Assembly (NCBI GenBank): GCA_050258615.1
Contig: JBLMZC010000021.1
Coordinates: 12,404-76,403 of the forward strand
DNA length: 64,000 bases
Source of the DNA: Deltaproteobacteria bacterium
GTDB lineage: Bacteria; Bacteroidota; Bacteroidia; Chitinophagales; Saprospiraceae
Direction: 5' to 3'
This document shows, one piece after another, positions 29,048-38,460 of this stretch (positions within the stretch are counted from its first letter, which is position 1; the number at the start of each line of letters is the position of its first letter). The position numbers were made by a program, and so were the translations under genes. The notes under the pieces were generated by a model that searched no databases, was not told the origin of the DNA, and worked only from the letters and a program-made list of their open reading frames with translations.

Positions 29048-29110
29048 CCTGTCTCGCTAAACGGGAGTCCAAGCATAACCCAAAGAATTTAATAATACCA
29101 TTTCTATATT

Positions 29111-29380
29111 AAGGTGATAAGAATGATTTGCAGCAAGAGGACAAAAGTCCTTTGCTGCGGAGTCCCGCTCCGTGATAAAGGTCTTACTGACACTGACACT
29201 GACACTGACACTGACACTTTGGTCAGTACAGGCACTTTGGTCAGTACAGGCACTTTGGTCAGTACAGGCACTTTGGTCAGTACAGGCACTTTGGTCAGTA
29301 CAGGCACTACGGTCAGCACAAGACTGACCTCTTATCACAAACTTTAAATTTAAAGCAGTTTTAAAAAAGAATTCCTCTGA
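29111..29380 (+). repeat. D-family mosaic element, copy b (largest array), preceded by a 12-bp-stem hairpin
   Basis: Hairpin gcagcaagaggac-aaaa-gtcctttgctgc (29130-29158). (ACTGAC)x5 at 29186-29215. (GGTCAGTACAGGCACTTT)x5 at 29221-29310. Inverted flanks gtgataaaggtc / gacctcttatcac. Confidence 0.9.
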
Positions 29381-29526
29381 TTCTGAAGCTTTTTTTTTGC
29401 AATGGAAAATATGCAAAATAATTATATTATTTAATAATAGAATTGGTATAAATTGCAAATTTGAGATACACTAAAAAAACCCAAAAATGACTATCATCTG
29501 AAAAAAATCAATCTAAAACTAATGGT

Positions 29527-31029
29527 TCACTGTGCTCCATAACCCCTGACATTTCCAAATAGTTCAAGCGCATCTTTCCATGGGTATTTGTTGCAAAACA
29601 TCGTTACTTTTGAGGCAATGGTTCCCTGCATGTTCATTCCGAGGGCTGATCTCCACTGGTTTGAGGGAGAATTTCTGTCAAAATCAGCTTGTTCGGAATA
29701 TCTTGCTGAAAGGTATCCTTCGAGATAGTCTTTATTGACTTTCAATTGTTTGGGTATTTCGTTTTTATTTCCCTCAGCACTTGCTATTTCGAGATCACCA
29801 AAATCTCCTGCATCTATTCTGAGTCTGGTATTGCTGGCCGGGCTGTAATGCAGGTCTTTATCCTTGTTGACGAAGAAAATATTATTTTCGACTTTTACCC
29901 ATTCGTTTTTATTGAAGCGTGTATGATCGATCCCTGCCAGTATTGATGCCCCGATTATATTATGGTGAATATTGTAATCGCATTTTGTCATAACTCTGAC
30001 ACCATAGCCCATATCGAGAAAATCCTTCAGACGGCTCCATGTGAAAAGAATTGTGTTGTTGGCAATTTCGACTTCGCCACAGAGTGAAAGTGTATTAGGC
30101 CCACCTGTGCTTGCACAGGTTCCGAAAATTTCAATAGCAGCCATTTTATTGCCTACGAACACATTGTTTTTTACCGTGAATTTTCCACTCCGGTGTCCTG
30201 CCTGAAGTGCAAATGAAGCTCCGTTGATGAAAGCACAATTCTGAATGGTTACATCTCCTCCTGTTGTGGCACTTACAAACTGCAGCAGAGGTTCATCAAC
30301 TGTGGAATAACCCACAGCAGGTTTTTCTGTTGAAGGCAGAAGTCTGCCTCCTTCAATTCCGGTTACAATTCCATCTTTTGCATGATATGCATTTCTCTGA
30401 CCACCTTCAAAAACAAGGTGGTCGAGTATGGTACCGGCAACATCTTTTGTGAATTTCATAATTGCTTTCCTGGTGGATCTTGCACTTTCATTGTCAGGCT
30501 GAATCACAGTAGGATGTGTTTTAATATCCTGGATTGTAAAGTTTTCATCATAGCTGCCAAATATTTTTACTGGTTTGTCGCTTTCGATAAAGCCGACATT
30601 TAGGGTTCCCATTTCAATGCCACCTGCAATAAAAATAGTAGTTCCTGGTTTTGCTATCTGTATGGCTTTGTCCAGATTTTTTAATGGTGCAGATTTCGAT
30701 CCGTCGTTCTTATTATTTCCATTTTGTTTTGAAACATAGATAATGTCACCTGATGCATCAGGCTTTATTGAAGATGACTGTTCAGAGGCATTATTACCTG
30801 CTTTTGATTTTGAAGTTTTTTCTGAAGGTTTGCTGATTTCATCTTCAGCTTTTTTGATTGTCTTATTTATTGCTTTATCAGCATTTCTGTCAACTGCATT
30901 TTCAACAGCTCTTTCTGTTTTTTTTTCAAGTTTTTTACTCAATTTATTGAGATCACCTATTTGTGCATAAGTGCTATCTGTTATTAAAAATGCGAAGATT
31001 ATTGATGCAATAAGTTTTATGGTTTTCAT
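29527..31029 (-). CDS. Secreted right-handed beta-helix-like protein (hypothetical)
   Basis: Signal peptide, Lys-rich linker, IYVSKQNGNNKNDGSKSAPLKNLDKAIQIAKPGTTIFIAGG (typical beta-helix N-cap) and repeated N/G-rich turns. Confidence 0.45.
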   Translation of the reverse strand: MKTIKLIASIIFAFLITDSTYAQIGDLNKLSKKLEKKTERAVENAVDRNADKAINKTIKKAEDEISKPSEKTSKSKAGNNASEQSSSIKPDASGDIIYVSKQNGNNKNDGSKSAPLKNLDKAIQIAKPGTTIFIAGGIEMGTLNVGFIESDKPVKIFGSYDENFTIQDIKTHPTVIQPDNESARSTRKAIMKFTKDVAGTILDHLVFEGGQRNAYHAKDGIVTGIEGGRLLPSTEKPAVGYSTVDEPLLQFVSATTGGDVTIQNCAFINGASFALQAGHRSGKFTVKNNVFVGNKMAAIEIFGTCASTGGPNTLSLCGEVEIANNTILFTWSRLKDFLDMGYGVRVMTKCDYNIHHNIIGASILAGIDHTRFNKNEWVKVENNIFFVNKDKDLHYSPASNTRLRIDAGDFGDLEIASAEGNKNEIPKQLKVNKDYLEGYLSARYSEQADFDRNSPSNQWRSALGMNMQGTIASKVTMFCNKYPWKDALELFGNVRGYGAQ

Positions 31030-31057
31030 AAGAATTTTTTTTAGTTAAATTTATTAT

Positions 31058-31564
31058 TCAGTTTTTAAAAATCCTGGTTATTGTATTATCATGTGGCATG
31101 ACAAGTACTTGAATGGTTTCACCAATAATGATCTTGTTATAGATCTCAGGAGAACATAGCCATTTGTTCCTTATATGTATGTCATCCATAGATTTGGTAA
31201 TACCATCTGAATTGATCTCAAAATAGTCGGTAATATCCATTTTAATATAATGGTTCACCGTTTCTGTGTAGGTGCCCTCATTTGTTCTGCTGCGTATATA
31301 TTTGTCTATTACTATACCATGCAGGACTTTTGGGTTTTTATTCAATCGCATGAGGCCCAAAGCATATCTGCCAGAAAATATCAGAACTCCAACGGTCATA
31401 AAAATACCAACAACAGGCTGTTTTCTGAAAATCAGAAAAGAAGATATTATCAGGATACCACCTACAATGAGTGTGGCAATCAGTATCCATTTTCCTGAAC
31501 TTTTTATAGTTTCAATATTTAATGATTTGTAAACTTCAGCCCAGTTAACAGTATCCGGTTTCAT
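31058..31564 (-). CDS. Hypothetical membrane protein (two TM helices plus soluble C-domain)
   Basis: Hydrophobic segments WILIATLIVGGILIISSFLIF and VVGIFMTVGVLIF. No motif recognised. Confidence 0.45.
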   Translation of the reverse strand: MKPDTVNWAEVYKSLNIETIKSSGKWILIATLIVGGILIISSFLIFRKQPVVGIFMTVGVLIFSGRYALGLMRLNKNPKVLHGIVIDKYIRSRTNEGTYTETVNHYIKMDITDYFEINSDGITKSMDDIHIRNKWLCSPEIYNKIIIGETIQVLVMPHDNTITRIFKN

Positions 31565-31614
31565 TTTCAGAAAATTTTTAGATTCAAAAAAAATGCATAT
31601 AACTTATGAAAAAC

Positions 31615-34257
31615 TTATTCTTTCATAAACCTCAAAGTTGAATGACCTTCAGAGGTTTCAAGCAAAATTAAGTATAATCCAGGAGAGATAGCATTAATAT
31701 TTATCGAATTTTCTCTATTTGATATATTTTTATATAAAATTTGTTTGCCTGCTGTGTTTATTATATAAGCCCTGCAATTATTTTCTATGCCTGAAATGTA
31801 TAAAATATCACTGGCAGGATTTGGGAAGATAACTGGTTTGATAGTATTAATATCCTCAATTCCTACAGGATATGACAATGATACTGTCCATATTTTGGCT
31901 ACTCCTTTTTCGGAAGTCACGGTTATTGTCTGGGGAGTAAGAAAATTGAAAACAGTTCCTGAAGCAGGATTTGAAACAGCCCCTTTTGATATCTTGAATT
32001 CAGGAGTCACCTGAGTTATATCCTTACCAGTGATAACAGCTGTTATCGTATTGTTTGAAGTATTGATGTATGGAGATTCCTTAATGCCATTGAATGAAAA
32101 TGAAAGTATATCATTTCCGGTTTCATCCTGCTCATTTAAAAGGTTGACTGTAATGATCGCCTGAACGTTGGAAATTCCATCTGAAACATTGATGGTAAGT
32201 AAGAACTTCGGTGTCACATCATAATCTATGGCTACTTTATTATTTATAAATATTTCATTTTTTTCCAAATAAAATGCATCAAAATCATTACCTCCGGTCA
32301 ATGTATAAGTAAGAGGTGATCCCTCAGGATCGGTAGCAGTCACTGATCCCACTTTTGTACCTTCAATCGAGTTTTCAAGCAAAGAAAAACTTGAATTTTC
32401 CACAAGCGGCATTTTATTGATCTTGCTTAAAGTTACCTTTAAATCAATCTTGGCTGAAAGTGTATTATCAGATGCATTTATTTTCATAATGTATTGATTT
32501 TTAATATCATAATTAAGCTTTGTTTTGTCGGCAACAATCAATTTATTGCCGTCAATTCCGAATGCATTGTCTTCGTTGCCGGAAGTAATGGAATAAATCA
32601 CAGGATTATTTTCAGGGTCTTTTGCCTGAAGATATAAAACTATAAACCCGTTTGGAGCTGTCTCATCAATAGTGACGCTGGTTACCTGGTTTTTGAATTC
32701 AGGTGCTTCATTGAGGTCTTTTACATTGATTGTCAGCGCTTTGGTGTACAGGCCACCTTTAAAGTCATTTGCCATTACAAACAGGTTTAACTGTGTTGAG
32801 ATTTCAAAGTCTGCAAAGCTGTTCAGCTTAAGTGTTTTTCCGGAAATGCTGAACATGCCATTATCACGGTCATTGATGCCGTTTCCTTTGGCCAGGGTAA
32901 ATGAATGAGTGTCTGATGTATCAGCATCTGTAGCTTTCAGTGTGCCAAGATCACCAGAAAAGTTTTCATTTACTGAATTAACACTAATTGTTATATTAGT
33001 GGGAGGATTGTTGCCCGGCACAAGCACACTGACTGTTATAGGATCGGATTTCAGTTTCAAATCAGTAACCACTGTATTGGTGACTTCAAACCTATAAACT
33101 CCTGAATTGGCAGAAGTAGCATTTGCAACAGAATAAGTAGGATTATTTCCGGAATAAATCTCAACATCATTTAAAAACCATTTGTACCGGTTGTTGTTAC
33201 CCCCAAGTTCATACACTGAAAGTGCTGCTGCATTAAGATTTAACGCAGAACCTTCATTTACACTCACTTCTGCGGTATTTAAAGGATACATTTTGTTTTG
33301 ATAAAACTCTTTCTGATAAAGGTTTTTTAAATTGTTATAAACTGGTTCTATTCCGGCAAATGTAAAATAATTCTGATAAATGTTCATCCTTTGGAGTACT
33401 GTAGTAAACATACCGGCGGGTATAGTTCCTGAAATATTATTTTCTTCAATATGGAAATATTTCAGCTTTGTGAAATTACCATAAGACTGAGGTATAGTAC
33501 CAGAAAACTGATTTACCCAAAATGTTACATAATATAATATACTTTTTGAGCTATCCAACGATGGTAGCGGTCCGGAAAATTTATTACTTCCAAGGTGTAA
33601 TGTGTTTAGTTTCAGTTTATTGATTGATGGAGGTATAACTCCGGACATTTTGTTGTTTGTGAGCGATAGATTTTCAAGTTTTGGAATACTTCCAAATATA
33701 TCACCCAAAGTACCTGTGAATCCGCAACCTTCAGCATCAATATATGTTATGGAAACTAATTTTTTAAAAACTTCATTGGGAAATGGGCAGTTCAAAGGAT
33801 TTTTTGATAAATACATAGATTTAAGTTTGGTGAGCTTTCCAAAGCTTTCCGGGAAAGGTCCGGTAAAATTATTTCTACTTATTGTAAGGTAAACCAGATT
33901 TGATAGATCACCAATTACTTCAGGAAACACTCCTTCCAGTTTATTGTTATAAATATCCAAAGATCTTAACCATTTTAAGCCGGATAATTGATAAGGAATA
34001 TTTCCTATAAGATTATTATCTCCAAGAGATATCTCTTCAATATGTCCGTTATTTACCGTCAAACCTTTCCAGTTTGAGGTCACATCATTTTTTGTTGCAG
34101 TTGTATTAATATTCTCCCAACCAGTTTTATTTTTCCAGTTATTTCCTCCGGTTGAATTGTACAGAGCTTTGATAGCCTGGAATTCATCCTCTGAGACCTG
34201 TGCTATCATTGTAATGCTTAAAAAGCAACTCGCGATTAATAAGAATAAATTTTTCAT
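31615..34257 (-). CDS. Leucine-rich-repeat plus cadherin-repeat surface protein, T9SS cargo
   Basis: N-terminal LRRs (LxxLxLxxNxLxGxIP pattern), cadherin-like repeats (DLNEAPEF, VTATDPEGSPLTYTL), and a C-terminal sorting domain IFPNPASDILYI...GLYLILLET. Confidence 0.75.
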   Translation of the reverse strand: MKNLFLLIASCFLSITMIAQVSEDEFQAIKALYNSTGGNNWKNKTGWENINTTATKNDVTSNWKGLTVNNGHIEEISLGDNNLIGNIPYQLSGLKWLRSLDIYNNKLEGVFPEVIGDLSNLVYLTISRNNFTGPFPESFGKLTKLKSMYLSKNPLNCPFPNEVFKKLVSITYIDAEGCGFTGTLGDIFGSIPKLENLSLTNNKMSGVIPPSINKLKLNTLHLGSNKFSGPLPSLDSSKSILYYVTFWVNQFSGTIPQSYGNFTKLKYFHIEENNISGTIPAGMFTTVLQRMNIYQNYFTFAGIEPVYNNLKNLYQKEFYQNKMYPLNTAEVSVNEGSALNLNAAALSVYELGGNNNRYKWFLNDVEIYSGNNPTYSVANATSANSGVYRFEVTNTVVTDLKLKSDPITVSVLVPGNNPPTNITISVNSVNENFSGDLGTLKATDADTSDTHSFTLAKGNGINDRDNGMFSISGKTLKLNSFADFEISTQLNLFVMANDFKGGLYTKALTINVKDLNEAPEFKNQVTSVTIDETAPNGFIVLYLQAKDPENNPVIYSITSGNEDNAFGIDGNKLIVADKTKLNYDIKNQYIMKINASDNTLSAKIDLKVTLSKINKMPLVENSSFSLLENSIEGTKVGSVTATDPEGSPLTYTLTGGNDFDAFYLEKNEIFINNKVAIDYDVTPKFLLTINVSDGISNVQAIITVNLLNEQDETGNDILSFSFNGIKESPYINTSNNTITAVITGKDITQVTPEFKISKGAVSNPASGTVFNFLTPQTITVTSEKGVAKIWTVSLSYPVGIEDINTIKPVIFPNPASDILYISGIENNCRAYIINTAGKQILYKNISNRENSININAISPGLYLILLETSEGHSTLRFMKE

Positions 34258-34275
34258 AATTAAAAATTGTAAGGG

Positions 34276-34608
34276 TTAACGAATTCTTGATAATTTTATA
34301 ATTAAAGGATGTTTTGAATATAATTCTTTTAGCGTCATGACCGGGCCCTGCTGATTTTCCAAAGTGAAAATCCATTTTTGAGTTTCAGTATTTATAAGCA
34401 TTTTGTTATTTGAAATTATTACCGGGTAGTTAACAGATACCGATGAATCAGAAAATATAATCATCTCACCGGTAATCTGTACAAATTCGGCATTTTCAAG
34501 AAACGGATTCGTCTTGTTGGTCTCTGTAACCTGCCATACCAAATTGTTTTGATCGTTTTCACAGCCCAATATGATCGTAAATAACAGAAATATTAATGAT
34601 TTGTACAT
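34276..34608 (-). CDS. Small lipoprotein (hypothetical)
   Basis: MYKSLIFLLFTIILGCENDQ has a lipobox. Lies 19 bp upstream of the LRR-cadherin gene. Confidence 0.5.
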   Translation of the reverse strand: MYKSLIFLLFTIILGCENDQNNLVWQVTETNKTNPFLENAEFVQITGEMIIFSDSSVSVNYPVIISNNKMLINTETQKWIFTLENQQGPVMTLKELYSKHPLIIKLSRIR

Positions 34609-34684
34609 TTTCCACGTTTTTACAATACAAAATTAATGTGTCAGGTCATTCAAAACCAGATAATGTGGTTGAATGGCAGAATTA

Positions 34685-34890
34685 AGGTGGTAAATGGCAT
34701 TATATCAGGGGTAAATGGAGGGGAGCAGTATTCAGTCAGCAGTCTTCAGTCAGCAGTAGGCAGTCTTCAGTAGGCAGTCAGCAGTCTTCAGTAGGCAGTC
34801 TTCAGTCGGCAGTAGGCAGTCTTCAGTCTTCAGTCGGTAGTAGGCAGTCTCCTACTTCTGACTTCTGTCTCCTTACTTCTGAATTCTTTC
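34685..34890 (+). repeat. Mosaic repeat (ggtaaatgg words, GGAGGGGAG, then a C-word array cagtcttcagt/aggcagt, then cttctgac words)
   Basis: Tandem degenerate words fill the gap between the LytTR regulator stop and the downstream lipoprotein gene. Confidence 0.8.
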
Positions 34891-34895
34891 ACACA

Positions 34896-35612
34896 TCAGA
34901 TTCTTTTGATAGAATCAAGGAAATCCTTTTTATATCCGCGGGCAACAGGAGCATCATGACCTTTCAGGATAGCTGTCTGATCAGGTTCATTGAAATAATC
35001 CAGATGGTCAATATTTATCACATAGCTTCTATGGGTTTGAATAAAATTTGGAGGTAGTTGAGCATGAAATTCCTTCAATGTGATTCGACAAGGATAGACT
35101 TTTTTCTCAGTTATTAACGAAATAAAATTGTCACCATCTGATTTAATGATAATAATCTCATTATAATTAATTCTGACAAGGTTATTTCCGATTTTCGTAA
35201 AAATGAAATCCTTATTATGATGATCAATATTTTTTTGACCCTGCGTTTTATTCTGAAGAGCTATTTTAATGGCTGCGATCAATTCTGCTGATTCAACTGG
35301 TTTGGTAATATAACCTGATGGTTTGGTAGCTACAGCCTGGTCAATGATCTCTTCCCTGTTGAATGAAGTAGTGAAAATATGTGGGATTCCAAGTTCATCA
35401 TGAATTTTTTTTGCAAGCATCATACCATTCATAATTCCAGGAAGCGAAATGTCGACCAGCAGCACATCGGGTTTTGATTGTTTAATCATCTCAAAGGCAT
35501 CATCAGCATTGCTGCATTCTCCTGCCAGCTCAAGTCCTAATTCTTCCAAAACGATTTTCAGGGCTTCAGAATGAATTAGTTCGTCCTCAACAATAAAAAC
35601 ACGGGCAATCAT
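34896..35612 (-). CDS. Response regulator, LytTR DNA-binding family
   Basis: Receiver domain (VEDE...DVLLVDISLPG...TKP) plus a LytTR domain (FIQTHRSYVINIDHL). Confidence 0.85.
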   Translation of the reverse strand: MIARVFIVEDELIHSEALKIVLEELGLELAGECSNADDAFEMIKQSKPDVLLVDISLPGIMNGMMLAKKIHDELGIPHIFTTSFNREEIIDQAVATKPSGYITKPVESAELIAAIKIALQNKTQGQKNIDHHNKDFIFTKIGNNLVRINYNEIIIIKSDGDNFISLITEKKVYPCRITLKEFHAQLPPNFIQTHRSYVINIDHLDYFNEPDQTAILKGHDAPVARGYKKDFLDSIKRI

Positions 35613-35614
35613 TT

Positions 35615-37741
35615 CTAAGGTTTTGGTAAAACAATAGTAAACACAGTTCCTGTGCCCAAATCACTTTTTACTTCGATAGAACCATTATTTTTTTCTAGAT
35701 GTTCCCTGATCAGCAATAAGCCAAGACCTGTTCCTTTCTCTCCGGCAGTACCTGGCTTTGTTTGCTCCTTTCCGAACTTGAATAGATTCTGTATTGTATC
35801 CTGGCTCATTCCGGTACCTGAATCAGAAATAGTGATTAATACTGAACCATTTTTTTCCTCGCATTCAAGCTTAATCGTCCCATTTTCTGTGAACTTATTT
35901 GCATTTGTAATTGTATTTCGCAATATCAGTTTCAGGCTTTCAGGATCGCATAAGACATTTTGATTATTTGCGTTTATATGTACATTATTGTTTTTAAAAC
36001 GAATCTGATCATTGAGCAAATCAATGGTTTCTCTAAAGATGCCATCTACTTCAATGGATTTTTTATCAGGTTCAATTCCTTTTCTCCGTATCAATGCCCA
36101 TTGCAGCAGATTTTCAAGCATCGAGGAAAGATTCTTTGAGTTTTTTGTTATTTCATCAGCAATGGGCAGGAGTTTTTCAGGTTGCCCCTTCTTCAGGAAA
36201 TTTTCTATAATCTTTGCACTTGCCTGATAAGATGAAGTAATGCTCCTGAAATCGTGTGAGATAATGCTGAAAAGCTGGTTCTGGATCTGGTTCAATCTGT
36301 CTAATTCCTTATTCTGGGAGCTAAGTATGGTTTTTTGTTGTTTTACTGTCCTGAACAGTTTATACAGTATTCCCAAAAGTGCTGCAAGTATCAGAAATCC
36401 GATGGTTGCTATATTTCTTTCCCTTTTTCTGAAATTGACTTCCTTCTGTTTTACGTCATTTTCTGATTCAAGCCTGTTTATCTCAAGTTCTTTTTGTGCG
36501 GTTTGATACTGTACCTCCAGTTCTTCGACCTGTTTTGCGGAATTCAGATTGAAAATTGAATCTTTGGAAGATATGTATTGATCAAAAAACTGAAGAGCCT
36601 TTTCAAATTGGCCATTTTTCTTATAAAATTCATAAAGCAGTCTATAAATATTGGATTTTTCCGGGAGAGTTCCGGCTTTTTCTGCTTTTTCAAGGGATTT
36701 TTCAAGGTAGATCAATGCCATTTTGTTATCTCCACGATTCATCATCAATTGTCCCAGACCTGCATATACCTTTGAAAGTTCTTTGTCCTGTCCTAGTGAA
36801 GAGAAAATTTTTTCCGAGTCAGTATAATATTTTAAGGCACTCTGATGATCTTTAAGTGCAGCATAGGATGATGCGAGATTGAAATACCTGATTGCCAGTT
36901 TAGGAGTATTCCCTTCTGCAGCTTCTATTTTTCTGGCTTTATCGATCCATTTAATTGCATTTTTATGATCTTTTTTTAATTGATACACCATCCCTATATT
37001 GTTATACCTGATTGCAGTCATCGACTTGTCTTTTATGGTGTCAAGGATTTCCAGGGACTTGAGGTAATACTGCAGACCTGTATTATATTTTCCCCAATCT
37101 ACATAAACTCTTCCAATACTGTTTAGTGATGATGACTGTCTTTGTTTGTTTCCGGTTTTTTTGTCAAGTTCATAAGCCTGAATAAACAGATCAGTAGCTT
37201 TCTCAAATTGCCCGCCAGAATGATAAAAAACAGCCAGATTGCTGAGACCATCGGCTTTTCCTATTAAATTACGTGAATTTTTCAAATATTGATTTGCTTT
37301 TAAAAGACAATCATAAGCTTCCGTTCTTTTGCCGTAATCCATATAGTTTAATCCAAGGTCATTATAAGCTTCGCCAATAAAATCATTGTCGGCAGGTAAT
37401 ATTGCAGAAGCTATCCTGATAGTATTCAGCAGGTATTTGTTTGATTCATCAATGCTGTCAGAAAAATAAAAGGCGTCTGATACTGCCCGTAGTACCCTGG
37501 CATGAAGCATGGTTTTTTTCGATTGTTTTTCCGAAATGCTGAGAAGTTGTTTTGAAAATATAAGATATTCTTCAGGATAATCTTCGAGTGAGCTGCAAAT
37601 TTTAAGTCCGGTCTCAATTTTTTTAATTCCTGCCTCAGAATGATAAATTCTAAGCAGGGAATCACTTTGAGCTATCATTGAGGATGATAACAAAACGAAT
37701 AATGTAACAAATGCCGGTAGATATAAACGATTCATAAACAA
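35615..37741 (-). CDS. Sensor histidine kinase with periplasmic/N-terminal TPR array
   Basis: Multiple TPR-like repeats, one TM segment, H-box FSIISHDFRS, and ATPase motifs NANKFT, DSGTGM, GTGLGL. Confidence 0.85.
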   Translation of the reverse strand: MFMNRLYLPAFVTLFVLLSSSMIAQSDSLLRIYHSEAGIKKIETGLKICSSLEDYPEEYLIFSKQLLSISEKQSKKTMLHARVLRAVSDAFYFSDSIDESNKYLLNTIRIASAILPADNDFIGEAYNDLGLNYMDYGKRTEAYDCLLKANQYLKNSRNLIGKADGLSNLAVFYHSGGQFEKATDLFIQAYELDKKTGNKQRQSSSLNSIGRVYVDWGKYNTGLQYYLKSLEILDTIKDKSMTAIRYNNIGMVYQLKKDHKNAIKWIDKARKIEAAEGNTPKLAIRYFNLASSYAALKDHQSALKYYTDSEKIFSSLGQDKELSKVYAGLGQLMMNRGDNKMALIYLEKSLEKAEKAGTLPEKSNIYRLLYEFYKKNGQFEKALQFFDQYISSKDSIFNLNSAKQVEELEVQYQTAQKELEINRLESENDVKQKEVNFRKRERNIATIGFLILAALLGILYKLFRTVKQQKTILSSQNKELDRLNQIQNQLFSIISHDFRSITSSYQASAKIIENFLKKGQPEKLLPIADEITKNSKNLSSMLENLLQWALIRRKGIEPDKKSIEVDGIFRETIDLLNDQIRFKNNNVHINANNQNVLCDPESLKLILRNTITNANKFTENGTIKLECEEKNGSVLITISDSGTGMSQDTIQNLFKFGKEQTKPGTAGEKGTGLGLLLIREHLEKNNGSIEVKSDLGTGTVFTIVLPKP

Positions 37742-37827
37742 CTCATAATAAATACTAGCATAAAAGTAAAGAAAAACAACGGTTAAAAATAATAAAAAAA
37801 TCTTAACTAAAGCATTTTTTCAATATT

Positions 37828-38454
37828 TTATTCCTTTTCAAAAAAATAACCTGCTTTTTCAGCCCCCCAGAGGTAATTGTCATTTTCGTCAAAACCCCTG
37901 TCCCAGGTTATCATGCCTTCTTTTATGATAGTGATGATTGAAGTGGCATATTTTGCACCTCTCCAGCCGCTCAAACATTTCTCACCATCTGTAGAACCTG
38001 AATACATTTTTTTTCCGACTTTTTTAAGCCTGACTGCACATCCGGACTTTGAAATAAGGATTTCTTCGCCTTGATCAGCCAGGGGATTTTTGTTTTTCCA
38101 TTGTCCGACAAATCTCAGGGGATCTTTTATTTCGAATATCTCACTTTCGAAAAGATTGTACCCTGTATCGGAAAGTCTGTAGACTCTTTGTCTGTATGGT
38201 TTATCCTGAGTTTTAGCAGCAGCCTGTTCGACATAAAACCATATTCCGTCGGTTCTTTTATCCCAGATCCTTTTCATGTGAAGCCTGATATCAAAATATC
38301 CGGTATCCAGTTTTGACTGTTCCGTCGTGTTATAATTACCTTCCATCTGTCTGGCCAGGCTAAGAAGTTCAGGTGAAAATGCCTGAGCCGAAATACTTAT
38401 TGACAGGAAAATAATTCCCAAAGTAATAAATAACTGTTTTGTCATATTTTTCAT
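37828..38454 (-). CDS. CpcT/CpeT-family (DUF1001) lipocalin-like protein, secreted
   Basis: Signal peptide. The family pattern GNYNTTEQ...FYVEQAAAKTQDKPYRQRVYRL (YRQR motif). Confidence 0.5.
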   Translation of the reverse strand: MKNMTKQLFITLGIIFLSISISAQAFSPELLSLARQMEGNYNTTEQSKLDTGYFDIRLHMKRIWDKRTDGIWFYVEQAAAKTQDKPYRQRVYRLSDTGYNLFESEIFEIKDPLRFVGQWKNKNPLADQGEEILISKSGCAVRLKKVGKKMYSGSTDGEKCLSGWRGAKYATSIITIIKEGMITWDRGFDENDNYLWGAEKAGYFFEKE

Positions 38455-38460
38455 TTTAAA

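Noticed and set aside
29186-29310. Possible CRISPR array
   Set aside because: The units are 6 and 18 bp and directly abutting, with no unique spacers. No cas genes are in the window. The same holds for all the other word arrays.
28725-29458. Listed ORFs 28725-28967, 28842-29072, 29057-29458, 29104-29319 and 29114-29347, encoding SACTDQ / TLVSTG / TDTDTD repeat proteins
   Set aside because: They overlap one another in several frames and on both strands. They exist only because the 6-bp and 18-bp repeat periods are multiples of 3. There is no coding signal outside the arrays. I treat them as artefacts of the D-family repeats.
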